A DNA stretch of 39,386 nt from the IMG/VR virus record IMGVR_UViG_642979322_000008. One strand, written 5' to 3'. This document shows positions 1 through 8,938 of this stretch, piece after piece. The notes beneath the pieces were generated by a model. That model was not told the origin of the DNA. It ran no database searches and was given only the letters and a program-made list of their open reading frames with translations. Each line of letters opens with the position of its first letter. The first letter of the stretch is position 1. Both the position numbers and the translations under genes were made by a program. The DNA comes from a virus. Lineage: Duplodnaviria > Heunggongvirae > Uroviricota > Caudoviricetes.

Positions 1-531
1 CTAACCCGCTTTAGATTCTACCGGATTTGATTGCCTACTTGTCTCGGTTTTTTCCAAAATCTCTCTGACGCAATCGTCTGGCATATCTACAATCATCAAC
101 GCAGCCAGGCGCTTCCTGCCTTCTAGTTGTAATAAATCCTGGTTTTCTTTATCCAGCAGTGTCAGAACCGTCTCTACACCTTTGCGAGCAAGGAGATTGG
201 TTAACTGTTCTCGTTCGTCTTTCGTAAGGAATGAAAGCATCTGTGTAAGTTGATCTCCCTTATCACCAGAACAACCAAAATTACCACAAATACCAACATC
301 GTTTGGTGATTCACCCTTGCCCTCTTTAAGCCACTCAAGACTAACTCCTTCACTTTCAGAAATTCGTATAAGGATACTTTCTCTGGGGGCTGGTTGTGTT
401 TGTCCTCCCTTGAAATAGCTGTTTAATGTGTTGATATTGATTCCCCACGCTCTGGCAGCTGCACTTCTTGAAGGGTAGCGCTTTGTAAGCATTCCAATAC
501 GTTCAATAACAGGTTCTTTTCCCTGCGACAT
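1..531 (-). CDS. c: Mu-type repressor (c-like); C-terminus runs off the window start
   Basis: Leftward ORF divergent from ner, no stop within window; start chosen at ATG 531-529 preceded by GAGGTA (alternative in-frame ATG at 606); position and composition match Mu repressor layout. Confidence 0.65.
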   Translation of the reverse strand: MSQGKEPVIERIGMLTKRYPSRSAAARAWGININTLNSYFKGGQTQPAPRESILIRISESEGVSLEWLKEGKGESPNDVGICGNFGCSGDKGDQLTQMLSFLTKDEREQLTNLLARKGVETVLTLLDKENQDLLQLEGRKRLAALMIVDMPDDCVREILEKTETSRQSNPVESKAG

Positions 532-721
532 AAAGATACCTCTTGGTGCTTTTCTAAGGAAAGGTTTCTTTCTATTTATCCAATTGAAAAATAAGGATAA
601 AAGCAAAAATTAGCCAAAATACCAAAAATACCTTGATTTGGTATTTTTGGTGATGCATTATTTACCCGTGCAGATATCCGCACGAATATCCGCGCGGGTA
701 ACTTTTTAGAATAGAGGAAGT
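532..721. promoter_or_regulatory. Early operator/promoter region between repressor and ner
   Basis: Perfect 12-bp inverted repeat ACCAAAAATACC (621-632) / GGTATTTTTGGT (640-651); direct repeat ATATCCGC at 674-681 and 686-693 inside inverted flank TACCCG...CGGGTA (663-700). Confidence 0.6.
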
Positions 722-970
722 ATGAGTAGAAGAGAAGTTTCAGATCACGATTGGCCGCCTGAAATCATCAAGGCGCGCTTACACATGGCTGGCTTATCAC
801 TGCGCTCTTTATCTTTAAAGGCTGGTTACAGCAGGGATTCGCTGAAAAGCGTATTACGTACTCCTTGCCGACCGTATCAGCAAATAATTGCTGATGCTCT
901 TGGGGTATCGCCTGAAGAAATCTGGCCCAGTAGATACCAGGTTAAGAGCTATATGAGAAAGGCGTCATGA
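722..970 (+). CDS. ner: Ner-like DNA-binding protein (negative regulator of early transcription)
   Basis: 82-aa ORF with RBS GAGGAAG; motif ...LSLSALS-like and C-terminal IWPSRYQ typical of Mu Ner/Nlp family; sits immediately upstream of transposase. Confidence 0.85.
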   Translation: MSRREVSDHDWPPEIIKARLHMAGLSLRSLSLKAGYSRDSLKSVLRTPCRPYQQIIADALGVSPEEIWPSRYQVKSYMRKAS

Positions 971-971
971 T

Positions 972-3062
972 ATGTATGTCATTGCAAAAGAACTGATTGG
1001 CGCGCCCGGAATGCCTGCTACAACAAAAGGTATTCGCCAGGCATTACAACGTTACGTACAAGGGAAAAGCTGTTGTTCCCGTCGTCGCTCAGGCTCTAAA
1101 GCAACTGAATACAGCATCGACTGTTTACCTGAAGTGACGCAGCAGGCATTACGTGAACGTTATGCCCTGCAACTGATGACGCAAAAAGCCGATGAATCAC
1201 CGGCTCCGGTGGTGACAAAGGCCAGACGCTCATCTGACGTGGTTGATGCGGTGGAGGCATATCGCGGATCACCACAACTGATGGTCGAACGCCTCAATGC
1301 CCTGACTGAAAACCAGCGCCAGGTGGCTGATGCACGAATCGCGATCGTCAGCGAAGTGATGAAAGTCGCGCAACAACCCGGTTTCAGCTGCGCGAAGGCT
1401 ATCCGGTTTATCGTTGACAACCTGGCACGTTCACAGCTGGACGAGCGCATTGTGGCAATGGTTGAGACGGCGAACGCCAAAAAGGGAAACAGCCGTGCGT
1501 TGAGTGAAATCACGCTGAAGCGATGGATTGCGGCCTTTAACAAGGCACAGAACGCCGCTGAACGCCTGCTTTTACTGGCACCGGGTAAACGCCAGGAAAT
1601 AAAAGCCGAAGATATTAACTGGCTGCCCGAATTTCTGGCGCAGTATCGCCAGTCAAACGGCCGACCAATGACCGAGGCTTACGAGGATTTTGTCGCTGAA
1701 TGGCAGCACCGGCACGCTGATGAGCCTTATATGCTCGATATCATGCCGTCTTATGACACCATTCGCCGCGCAATGAAGAAACTGCCGGAAGTGGTGAAAC
1801 AAAAAGGCCGGGTGACCGGCAGTGAATACCGCCAGCTTGAGGGATTCACGCGCCGCGACTGGTCCAGAATGCCGGTGAATTATGTCTGGATTGGTGACGG
1901 TCACGGCATGAAGCTGAAATGCGCACACCCGGTTCACGGTCGGCCATTTGCACCGGAAGTGACCTTTGTTATCGACGGTGGCACGCGCTTTGTGGTGGGC
2001 TGGAGCCTTGACCTGGCTGAAAATGTTTTCGCCGTAGCCGGTGCCATACAGCACGGCATTCGCCATCACGGCAAACCGTTTCTGTATTACTCGGATAACG
2101 GCTCCGGGGAAACCGCCGACATCCTGGATAAGGAGGTTGTGGGGATACTGCCGCGACTGGGGATTAATCACCCGACCGGGATTGCCGGTAATCCGCAGGG
2201 ACGAGGCATTATCGAACGGCTTAACCGCACATTACCGATGCGCATAGCCCGTAAATACCGCACCTATTTCGGGAAAGGTGCAGATCGCGAGACGTTACGC
2301 AAAACCAACCGCGATTTACGCTCGGCATTTACTGCCCTGCAACAGGGCAAACGGCTGAACGCCCGGCAGCAGTCAGCGATGCGTGATTTACCGTCCTGGT
2401 CTGAACTGATTGATGCCATTCGTGATGGTGTTGAGTGGTACAACAACCGGCCGCACGATGAATTACCGGTGAAGCCGAACGGCAAGCATTACAGCCCGGC
2501 GGAGTTCAGAAAAAAACGCCTGGCGGAAGAGGACACGGAAATTGAATGGCTGTCCGATGTGGAATTGCGGGACATGTTCCGGCCGATGGTGGAACGCCCT
2601 GTAAGACGCTGTGAAATACGCTGGCTGAATAATATTTACTACGCGCCCGAGCTGCGTGATGAGCATGGCCGCAAGGTGCTTATCAGCTATGACATTCATG
2701 ATGCCGAACGAATTACCGTACGTCGCCTGGATGGCAGCGTGATTTGCGAGGCGGTATGGGACGGTAATAAACGCGAAGCCTTCCCGGTTAGCGCGGAATA
2801 CTACAAACAGCAGCAACGCCTTAAAGGCATGCGTAAACGCGCAGAGGAAAAAATCCGTGATGCCGAGGATGAGGTTGTCAACGTGCTGGAGCACAAGCCG
2901 CAGGAGCCCTGGCTGGAAAACATCTATCGCCCGGTAGGTAATACGGTGGCCGTTCAGCAACCTGCCATTGATGATGAGCCTGATGAAGAATACGAGCGCA
3001 ATTTCCAGCGGGGATTGCAGTTGCTCGAAGCGAAATTAAAAGAAAATGACCCGCTGGCCTGA
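972..3062 (+). CDS. A: Mu-type DDE transposase A
   Basis: 696-aa ORF immediately after ner; size and position match MuA (663 aa); family assignment by recalled similarity. Confidence 0.88.
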   Translation: MYVIAKELIGAPGMPATTKGIRQALQRYVQGKSCCSRRRSGSKATEYSIDCLPEVTQQALRERYALQLMTQKADESPAPVVTKARRSSDVVDAVEAYRGSPQLMVERLNALTENQRQVADARIAIVSEVMKVAQQPGFSCAKAIRFIVDNLARSQLDERIVAMVETANAKKGNSRALSEITLKRWIAAFNKAQNAAERLLLLAPGKRQEIKAEDINWLPEFLAQYRQSNGRPMTEAYEDFVAEWQHRHADEPYMLDIMPSYDTIRRAMKKLPEVVKQKGRVTGSEYRQLEGFTRRDWSRMPVNYVWIGDGHGMKLKCAHPVHGRPFAPEVTFVIDGGTRFVVGWSLDLAENVFAVAGAIQHGIRHHGKPFLYYSDNGSGETADILDKEVVGILPRLGINHPTGIAGNPQGRGIIERLNRTLPMRIARKYRTYFGKGADRETLRKTNRDLRSAFTALQQGKRLNARQQSAMRDLPSWSELIDAIRDGVEWYNNRPHDELPVKPNGKHYSPAEFRKKRLAEEDTEIEWLSDVELRDMFRPMVERPVRRCEIRWLNNIYYAPELRDEHGRKVLISYDIHDAERITVRRLDGSVICEAVWDGNKREAFPVSAEYYKQQQRLKGMRKRAEEKIRDAEDEVVNVLEHKPQEPWLENIYRPVGNTVAVQQPAIDDEPDEEYERNFQRGLQLLEAKLKENDPLA

Positions 3063-3132
3063 AATAAAAAATAACCCGAGCGGCGACTCAGGTTATTTGA
3101 TTAAACAAGGTATCAAATGAGAGGTTAATAAT

Positions 3133-4065
3133 ATGACTGATATTAACGATGTAATCAAGACCATTGATGAACTTATTGATGGCGGCGTACTGACGCAGTA
3201 TGCCATCGCCAGAGAGGCGGGAATTTCCGACGGCACATTATCGGCTTTCCGCAAGGGGAAATATAAAGGCGATAACGCCGCTGTGGCTGCTTCCCTGCGT
3301 TCCTGGTATGAGAACTGGAATAAACAAAGCGCACTGCCGGAACCGCCGCAGTTTGTGGAAACGCAGACAGTTCAGGAGCTGCGCGCACTGTTTCAGGCGG
3401 TTCGCCTGATGGGCTGTATTAACGTCATTGTGGGCGTGCCGGGGGTAGGTAAAACGGCCACCGCCCGTAATTACTGCCAGGAGCAACCAAACACCTGGAT
3501 GATCACCCTGTCACCCGCGCACTCCAGCGTCACGGAGTGTCTGCTGGAGCTGGCCGATGCGCTGGGGATTGATTACACCCGCGCGAACAAAGGGGCATTA
3601 TCCCGCGCCATCCGCCGTCGCCTGATGGGAACGCGTGGACTGGTGATTGTGGATGAGGCGGATCATCTTGGTATTGACGGTCTGGAGCAACTCCGGGCAA
3701 TTCAGGACGCCACGGGGATCGGGATGGTGCTTATTGGTAACCCGCGCGGATTGTTTAAAGGTGGACGCCGCGCCTTTGATGATTTATCGCGCCTGTTCAG
3801 CCGTCTTGCCCGTACAAAACAACTTCGCAAGGCCAAAAAGGCGGATGTGCTGGCCATTGCCAGGGCATGGGGTATCAGTGGTGAGGCCGAGCTGGCCGTC
3901 ATGCAGGCTATCGCTGAAAAGCCGGGAGCGTTACGCGTTCTGACACATACGCTTAACCAGGCGTGGCTCACCGCCAGCGGTGAAGGTGCGGCGCTGACAG
4001 AAAAACATATTAATGCGGCCTTTAAAGAGGTTTATACCAACCCTGAATTACTCTCACAGGTGTGA
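3133..4065 (+). CDS. B: Mu B-like AAA+ ATPase, transposition target-DNA activator
   Basis: 310-aa ORF after A; Walker A GVPGVGKT and Walker B VIVDEAD; N-terminal HTH-like region. Confidence 0.88.
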   Translation: MTDINDVIKTIDELIDGGVLTQYAIAREAGISDGTLSAFRKGKYKGDNAAVAASLRSWYENWNKQSALPEPPQFVETQTVQELRALFQAVRLMGCINVIVGVPGVGKTATARNYCQEQPNTWMITLSPAHSSVTECLLELADALGIDYTRANKGALSRAIRRRLMGTRGLVIVDEADHLGIDGLEQLRAIQDATGIGMVLIGNPRGLFKGGRRAFDDLSRLFSRLARTKQLRKAKKADVLAIARAWGISGEAELAVMQAIAEKPGALRVLTHTLNQAWLTASGEGAALTEKHINAAFKEVYTNPELLSQV

Positions 4066-4067
4066 TT

Positions 4068-4289
4068 ATGGCGGTATTTTATATTCCTGATATTTACGGA
4101 CGCTTTTACCTGGTTAATTTCGATAACGTGAAGGTGATTTCACTGGCCGAAAATAAAGAATGTGGCGATTTACTTTTTGAATTTAATGACCGCACACGAA
4201 TGGTGATATCTGCCGGACTTGATCGCGAAGGTGCGACAGACGTTTACAGCGGAATATGCCGTTCTGTTGGTGCGAAACAAGTCAGCTAA
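4068..4289 (+). CDS. hypothetical early protein
   Basis: ORF directly after B stop; ATG at 4068 chosen over GTG at 4062. Confidence 0.45.
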   Translation: MAVFYIPDIYGRFYLVNFDNVKVISLAENKECGDLLFEFNDRTRMVISAGLDREGATDVYSGICRSVGAKQVS

Positions 4290-4301
4290 ATGAGGTGTTA
4301 T

Positions 4302-4556
4302 ATGAATATGCAATCCTGCGGTAACAAAATGAATTTATTCGACTCCCTGAACAGCGCGCGCCGTCTGACCGAACTTGCCGGTGCGGTACTGGAACGCAGT
4401 AAGCGCTACCCACAACGTTTTGCACTGAAAACCACGCCGCCGGTAGGCAACGTGCAGGGAACCGGTGAAATTGAAATCACCATACAGACCAACGGCCTGC
4501 GCCGCCGTGTGAAGGCCACCCGCATCAGCGGCTGCACGGTTTACTGGGAGGTGTGA
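4302..4556 (+). CDS. hypothetical early protein
   Basis: ORF with GAGGTG before ATG at 4302 (track start 4290). Confidence 0.45.
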   Translation: MNMQSCGNKMNLFDSLNSARRLTELAGAVLERSKRYPQRFALKTTPPVGNVQGTGEIEITIQTNGLRRRVKATRISGCTVYWEV

Positions 4557-4557
4557 G

Positions 4558-4839
4558 GTGAAAAAAAATCTCATTGCATGGGCGTGGTCGAGTGGTCTTA
4601 TTGAGTTTGGTTACGTCCTGCCGGAAGGTGCATTGCCGATAGTTGCCGGAAAGCCTGCCACGGTACGGCATGTGATTGAGGTTATGGCGCGTCATGGACG
4701 TGATGAACAGGAGCAGTTACTGGTTCCGGGGATACCGGAAGCGGTGACGGAGGAAGAAGCCTTTAATGCCATGATTCGGTTCTGCCGTGAGGTCAGACGC
4801 CGGGTCAGTTATCCAAACAGAACGAGGACCAGAGGGTGA
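4558..4839 (+). CDS. hypothetical early protein
   Basis: GTG start preceded by GGAGG; tightly packed in early operon. Confidence 0.45.
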   Translation: MKKNLIAWAWSSGLIEFGYVLPEGALPIVAGKPATVRHVIEVMARHGRDEQEQLLVPGIPEAVTEEEAFNAMIRFCREVRRRVSYPNRTRTRG

Positions 4840-5108
4840 GTAAAGTCGTACGCATTATTTTCGAATACAAGGAGCACGTTATCCATAAAAACGCTGATGG
4901 AACAGTGCGCATGGGGGTAAGTCTGGACATACGTTCAACCGGGATAAAGCAGAAAGGTGATGGACCCGCCATGATTTTTGGGGTGGTTATGCTCGCGGAA
5001 AGCAGAGACTTTGCTGAACTTGTGGCAATGAAAGCCAGTGCGCTCATGAAAGATATGAGCATGCGTTCCGGGGTTATTAAAGGTAATGAATTTAATCAGC
5101 AGGGGTAA
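4836..5108 (+). CDS. hypothetical early protein, paralog 1 (MSKVVRIIFEYK...)
   Basis: Start overlaps upstream stop; N-terminus near-identical to the next gene. Confidence 0.5.
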   Translation: MSKVVRIIFEYKEHVIHKNADGTVRMGVSLDIRSTGIKQKGDGPAMIFGVVMLAESRDFAELVAMKASALMKDMSMRSGVIKGNEFNQQG

Positions 5109-5112
5109 TTCC

Positions 5113-5406
5113 ATGAGCAAAGTACGCGTTATTTTTGAATTTAAGCATGTTTCGCATGACGAAAAACCGGCAGGCAATGACTGTGTTGAAGTGCATGAAA
5201 AGATTGGTGTGGATGTAAAAACAGAACGTGATACGAATAACAGGCCGACGTCACTCTGTGACGTTTATGCAAGTATTCTCCAGTATCACAGCCCTGAAAT
5301 TATTCAGTTTCTCTCAGCGGAATTTCAGGCATCTGTACAGGCTTTTGGGGCGGATGCCATCATTAAACGCCACCGCGTGCATAAAGCATCAGGCACACTG
5401 CAATAA
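5113..5406 (+). CDS. hypothetical early protein, paralog 2 (MSKVRVIFEFK...)
   Basis: ATG at 5113 preceded by AGGGG; N-terminal similarity to 4836-5108. Confidence 0.5.
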   Translation: MSKVRVIFEFKHVSHDEKPAGNDCVEVHEKIGVDVKTERDTNNRPTSLCDVYASILQYHSPEIIQFLSAEFQASVQAFGADAIIKRHRVHKASGTLQ

Positions 5407-5417
5407 GGAAAAACAAA

Positions 5418-5948
5418 ATGGCAAAACGCGTTACAAAATTAAAGGCCGCAGCAGAGGCGGCACCGCAGACCCGTGAAGAGGTCAGCCGCGATATCCGCAC
5501 CCTGGGCGATATTCAGCGAGAGGCGCTGCGCCTGGAAACAGCGATGAATGATGAAGTGGCAGAAATCACCGCCCGTTATACGCCGCAGATTGAAAACCTT
5601 AAAAAAGAAATCAAAGTGCTTTTTAAGGGGATTCAGGACTGGTGCAAAACCAACCGTGATGAGCTGACGAACGGCGGCAAAACCAAAACTGCCAATCTGA
5701 CCACCGGAACGGTGTCATGGCGACTGGGGAATCCATCATGCAGCGTCAGTCGTGATGTGGAAGGTGTGATTGAAATGCTGCGCCGTATGGGCCTTGAGCG
5801 TTTTATCCGCACGAAAGAGGAAGTGAACAAGGAAGCGGTCCTGGCGGAGCCGGATGCGGTGAAAGGGATTGCCGGTATTAAGGTGAATAAAGGCGCTGAA
5901 AGTTTTTATGTCGAGCCTTTTGAACAGGACGCCGGACTGAATAAATAA
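5418..5948 (+). CDS. gam: Gam-like host-nuclease inhibitor (Ku-like DNA-end binding protein)
   Basis: 176-aa ORF; motifs RLETxMND, ANRDELTNGGKxKTANL, SWR, FIRTKxEINKEA and PFEQ match Mu Gam as recalled. Confidence 0.88.
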   Translation: MAKRVTKLKAAAEAAPQTREEVSRDIRTLGDIQREALRLETAMNDEVAEITARYTPQIENLKKEIKVLFKGIQDWCKTNRDELTNGGKTKTANLTTGTVSWRLGNPSCSVSRDVEGVIEMLRRMGLERFIRTKEEVNKEAVLAEPDAVKGIAGIKVNKGAESFYVEPFEQDAGLNK

Positions 5949-6045
5949 CACCGCATTAATCAATTAAATATCACTTCGTTTTAATTATGGCGCTCGCGTC
6001 AGGGGACTGCCTGCGCCTGTAAACTGAAAATAAGGAACAGGATAT

Positions 6046-6588
6046 ATGGCATATTTTTATTTCAAATTAGACCGTGTGCAGACAAATAAATATTTCACCA
6101 AATATCAACAGACTGTTTTACCGCTACGCAACAGTATTCTTCGGGCATTACTGAAAAATACAGGCGCTGCCGGATTGCGCTTAAAGCCGTTTGCCATGGA
6201 CGTAATCAGTGAGTTTTATTTTTCTGGTGCTCTGCCTGCGGGCTGGCGTAAGCGCGATGATGTGGCTTTTATCGGGGACGGACCGTGCTTTATTGCCAGA
6301 CCTGATGAGTCATGCCCTGAAGGTCCGGCGATTGCCGCAATGATTGAAACCGCTGAACGTGAGTTAAGAAAGCGTCCTGATTTCCTTGTCTGGCTCTGTG
6401 AAAAGCTGGGGGTAATGAGAATCCCCTCCATGTTTAACACGGACTCCTGGTGGACCCCGTCGCTCTCCCGTGATGCCCTGTGCGTGGTGTTTAAAGTAGG
6501 CGCTTATGGCAGGGAAATAAAAGGGTGTATTCCTGAAGAATGCCAGGAAATTAAACATTCTGAATATGTGGCGCTGACGGAGGAATAA
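6046..6588 (+). CDS. hypothetical early protein
   Basis: 180-aa ORF after a 97-bp AT-rich spacer; no recognised motif. Confidence 0.5.
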   Translation: MAYFYFKLDRVQTNKYFTKYQQTVLPLRNSILRALLKNTGAAGLRLKPFAMDVISEFYFSGALPAGWRKRDDVAFIGDGPCFIARPDESCPEGPAIAAMIETAERELRKRPDFLVWLCEKLGVMRIPSMFNTDSWWTPSLSRDALCVVFKVGAYGREIKGCIPEECQEIKHSEYVALTEE

Positions 6589-6591
6589 TTC

Positions 6592-7125
6592 ATGATTGAT
6601 GCAAAAGTGCTTGAAGGGGTTAAAAACTGGCTGAGTATTTACGGGCGTCTGACCTGCGGCATTCTGGCTGAAAAAATGAATATGCCGCCATCCTCGATGG
6701 TTTATTTTTTGCGTGATGCGGTCGATGCCGGGGTGCTGACGGAATGTAACGGTTTTTATGATATTCCGCGTCCCCGCCCGGTGCAGCCGGTTCGTCGCAA
6801 ATGCAGCCAGGAAGGTGCGGCTGATGATGTTCAGTGGTGCAGCTTCAGAAAATCCCTGCCGTGGATTGAGGGGCATGATATTCCGTCGATGGCGTGGGAA
6901 TTTGCTCAGGGCGTACTGACCTGCGAAACCGTTTATGTGGTGGTTGAAGTTGATGAGCAGGCCATGAAAGAAGGCGTGCCCCAGTTTGTGATGGCGTATA
7001 TCGACATTCGCCTGGGTGTCATTATCTGCGGTTTAAGCGGCTGGAATATCACCGAACATGTTCTGCGTTACCTGATTGTTGACCGGACGGCTGCACCTGC
7101 CGGGATATCTGCGGAGGTGGCGTAA
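6592..7125 (+). CDS. hypothetical protein with N-terminal winged-helix-like segment
   Basis: 177-aa ORF; LTCGILAEKMNMPPSSMVYFLRDAVDAGVL resembles an HTH. Confidence 0.5.
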   Translation: MIDAKVLEGVKNWLSIYGRLTCGILAEKMNMPPSSMVYFLRDAVDAGVLTECNGFYDIPRPRPVQPVRRKCSQEGAADDVQWCSFRKSLPWIEGHDIPSMAWEFAQGVLTCETVYVVVEVDEQAMKEGVPQFVMAYIDIRLGVIICGLSGWNITEHVLRYLIVDRTAAPAGISAEVA

Positions 7126-7640
7126 TGTTCTTTAAAACATCAAACCCTTCCGCGCTGGCCGCGTGGCAAAAATATCAGCAGGACTGCCAGAAAGTTAAGG
7201 ATGAGGCAAAACGCCTTGAGGCCGTGCTGAATGTTGCGTGCCGGTCGGTATTTGTATCCGGTATCAGTGGCTTTTGTTTTAAAGGGCTGCGCTTTATGGA
7301 TGACAAATATCCTTTTCATCGCGACTTATGGCGAAAACCGACTGCGTCGAATGGCTGGAGCTGCACACCGCGCACATCACGTATTCCCAAAGCCCTGCGC
7401 GTTGCCTCTGACGAACTTAACAGTCTGTGGCGTGAATATTCGCCCGTCACGTATGCCAGAACCGATGCACTGTTGTTCTGGCTGGGTATTGACTTCTCAG
7501 CAATATTGCATGGTCCCGTGAAGTGGTTCTGCGTTGACGATGTTATTTACCTTCAGTGCGAAGATGATTCCGCAAAACGGAAAATGACCGAAATTCTGTC
7601 TGATGAGTTTTATGCTGCCGAAAAGCGAGTCGGGGGGTGA
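7125..7640 (+). CDS. hypothetical early protein
   Basis: 171-aa ORF, start overlaps upstream stop. Confidence 0.45.
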   Translation: MFFKTSNPSALAAWQKYQQDCQKVKDEAKRLEAVLNVACRSVFVSGISGFCFKGLRFMDDKYPFHRDLWRKPTASNGWSCTPRTSRIPKALRVASDELNSLWREYSPVTYARTDALLFWLGIDFSAILHGPVKWFCVDDVIYLQCEDDSAKRKMTEILSDEFYAAEKRVGG

Positions 7641-7643
7641 TGC

Positions 7644-8195
7644 ATGATGAAATTACAACCCATGGGGAGAAAAGGCCGTGCACCCGCTCATGTTCGCGCA
7701 TGGACACCTGAAGAAGATGCGCTGCTGATTGCGCTTTATCCATCCACCCCGGTTAAGGATATTGCTGTCAGGATAAAAAGAAGTTTCTGGGGTGTACATA
7801 ACCGGATTGTTTTATTACGCGGTACTTACCCGGAGTTGCTCAAATGCAAACGCCTCAGATTTAAACCTGATGAAGATAAATTTATCCGAAAAAATGCCAG
7901 GACGATGACCGGTAAGCAAATAGGAGAATATCTGGGGCGAGACCGGGATTCTGTCCACAATCGGGCGCGATATATTGGCGTAAGCATGAAAAAATACGGA
8001 GAATTACTGCCTTTTACCCGCATACCTGACGATGATGTTCATCTTATTCGTGAATTACGGGATGCTGAATCACCACGGCGTCTTACCTTTAGGGAAATCG
8101 GCGAGAAATTTGAATTATCCGAGGGCACGGTGAGTTTTATTTATCACCGTCGTCGGACTGCCGAAGATGTTGTATTACGGGAGTTAACGACATGA
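7644..8195 (+). CDS. hypothetical protein with three tandem Myb/SANT-like HTH repeats
   Basis: Three internal repeats: WTPEEDALLIALY...VHNRI, FKPDEDKFIRKNA...VHNRARYIG, IPDDDVHLIRELR...TVSFIYHRRR. Confidence 0.55.
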   Translation: MMKLQPMGRKGRAPAHVRAWTPEEDALLIALYPSTPVKDIAVRIKRSFWGVHNRIVLLRGTYPELLKCKRLRFKPDEDKFIRKNARTMTGKQIGEYLGRDRDSVHNRARYIGVSMKKYGELLPFTRIPDDDVHLIRELRDAESPRRLTFREIGEKFELSEGTVSFIYHRRRTAEDVVLRELTT

Positions 8196-8377
8196 TAAGG
8201 AGACTTGTTTTTTTCGCAATTATCGTTCCTGTGTGGGGGGTTGGTTTTATATTTGCGGTTACAGGAAATCTGTCCATGATGCCGGATATATGGTTCTTTA
8301 TCAGGATGTCGCTCTTCCTGTTTATTATGAATCTTCTTATCGACATATATATCCGTATTACTGGAAAACATAAATGA
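8192..8377 (+). CDS. small hydrophobic membrane protein (two predicted TM helices)
   Basis: 61-aa ORF, highly hydrophobic; first gene of an AT-rich block. Confidence 0.45.
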   Translation: MIRRLVFFAIIVPVWGVGFIFAVTGNLSMMPDIWFFIRMSLFLFIMNLLIDIYIRITGKHK

Positions 8378-8415
8378 GAAAAATCACGACCTTGTCAGAG
8401 TTACAGGAGATGAAT

Positions 8416-8748
8416 ATGAGTATTGAATTAAGATCGTCTTATGAATATCGTAAAATTCTCATCGCCGGAGGCATGAAACCGGAAGATGCAGAAAAAATCG
8501 TTTCTTTTATGGATAAAGAATGTGACAAACGGGATATGCCAGAAATTATTATGGATGACATGATTCTGGATTCAGCCGTGGCGTTAAGTCCGTTATGGAT
8601 TGTGCATTCTCTTGCTGAAATTGCCAAAGGCACCGATAAACAGGCAGCTGTTGCTGCCCTTCAGACGCTTAATGAAATGCGTATATCTCCACGCCCGACA
8701 TTAATACATATGATTCTGTCCAGCATGGAGGATAAAGCAAATGAATAG
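8416..8748 (+). CDS. hypothetical protein (AT-rich island)
   Basis: ATG at 8416 preceded by AGGAG (track start 8374); acidic 110-aa product. Confidence 0.45.
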   Translation: MSIELRSSYEYRKILIAGGMKPEDAEKIVSFMDKECDKRDMPEIIMDDMILDSAVALSPLWIVHSLAEIAKGTDKQAAVAALQTLNEMRISPRPTLIHMILSSMEDKANE

Positions 8749-8938
8749 TCTACCCGCTGGATGGGCGCGGCCACTAATGGCCAGGAAGCATCATTTTTTT
8801 AAAACAGGCGAAAATATCAGTATATGTGGACGGTGGTTATATCTGGCTCATAATCGCGAGCCGGATACATTTGAAAGCCCTGATGACTGTGCCGAATGCC
8901 GCAGAAGAGTGAATAAGGAGAAAGATAATGGACAATAG
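8741..8938 (+). CDS. hypothetical small protein with possible Cys zinc-ribbon (C..C / CAEC)
   Basis: 65-aa ORF, overlapping starts/stops with neighbours. Confidence 0.4.
   Translation: MNSLPAGWARPLMARKHHFFKTGENISICGRWLYLAHNREPDTFESPDDCAECRRRVNKEKDNGQ

Noticed and set aside
1160-2960. Several minus-strand ORFs (127-172 aa) inside the transposase gene
   Set aside because: Fully embedded antisense to a well-supported 696-aa ORF with no RBS or context of their own; shadow ORFs of a GC-rich region.
3173-3971. Short ORFs on both strands overlapping the B gene
   Set aside because: Embedded in the AAA+ ATPase gene with clear Walker motifs; no independent signals.
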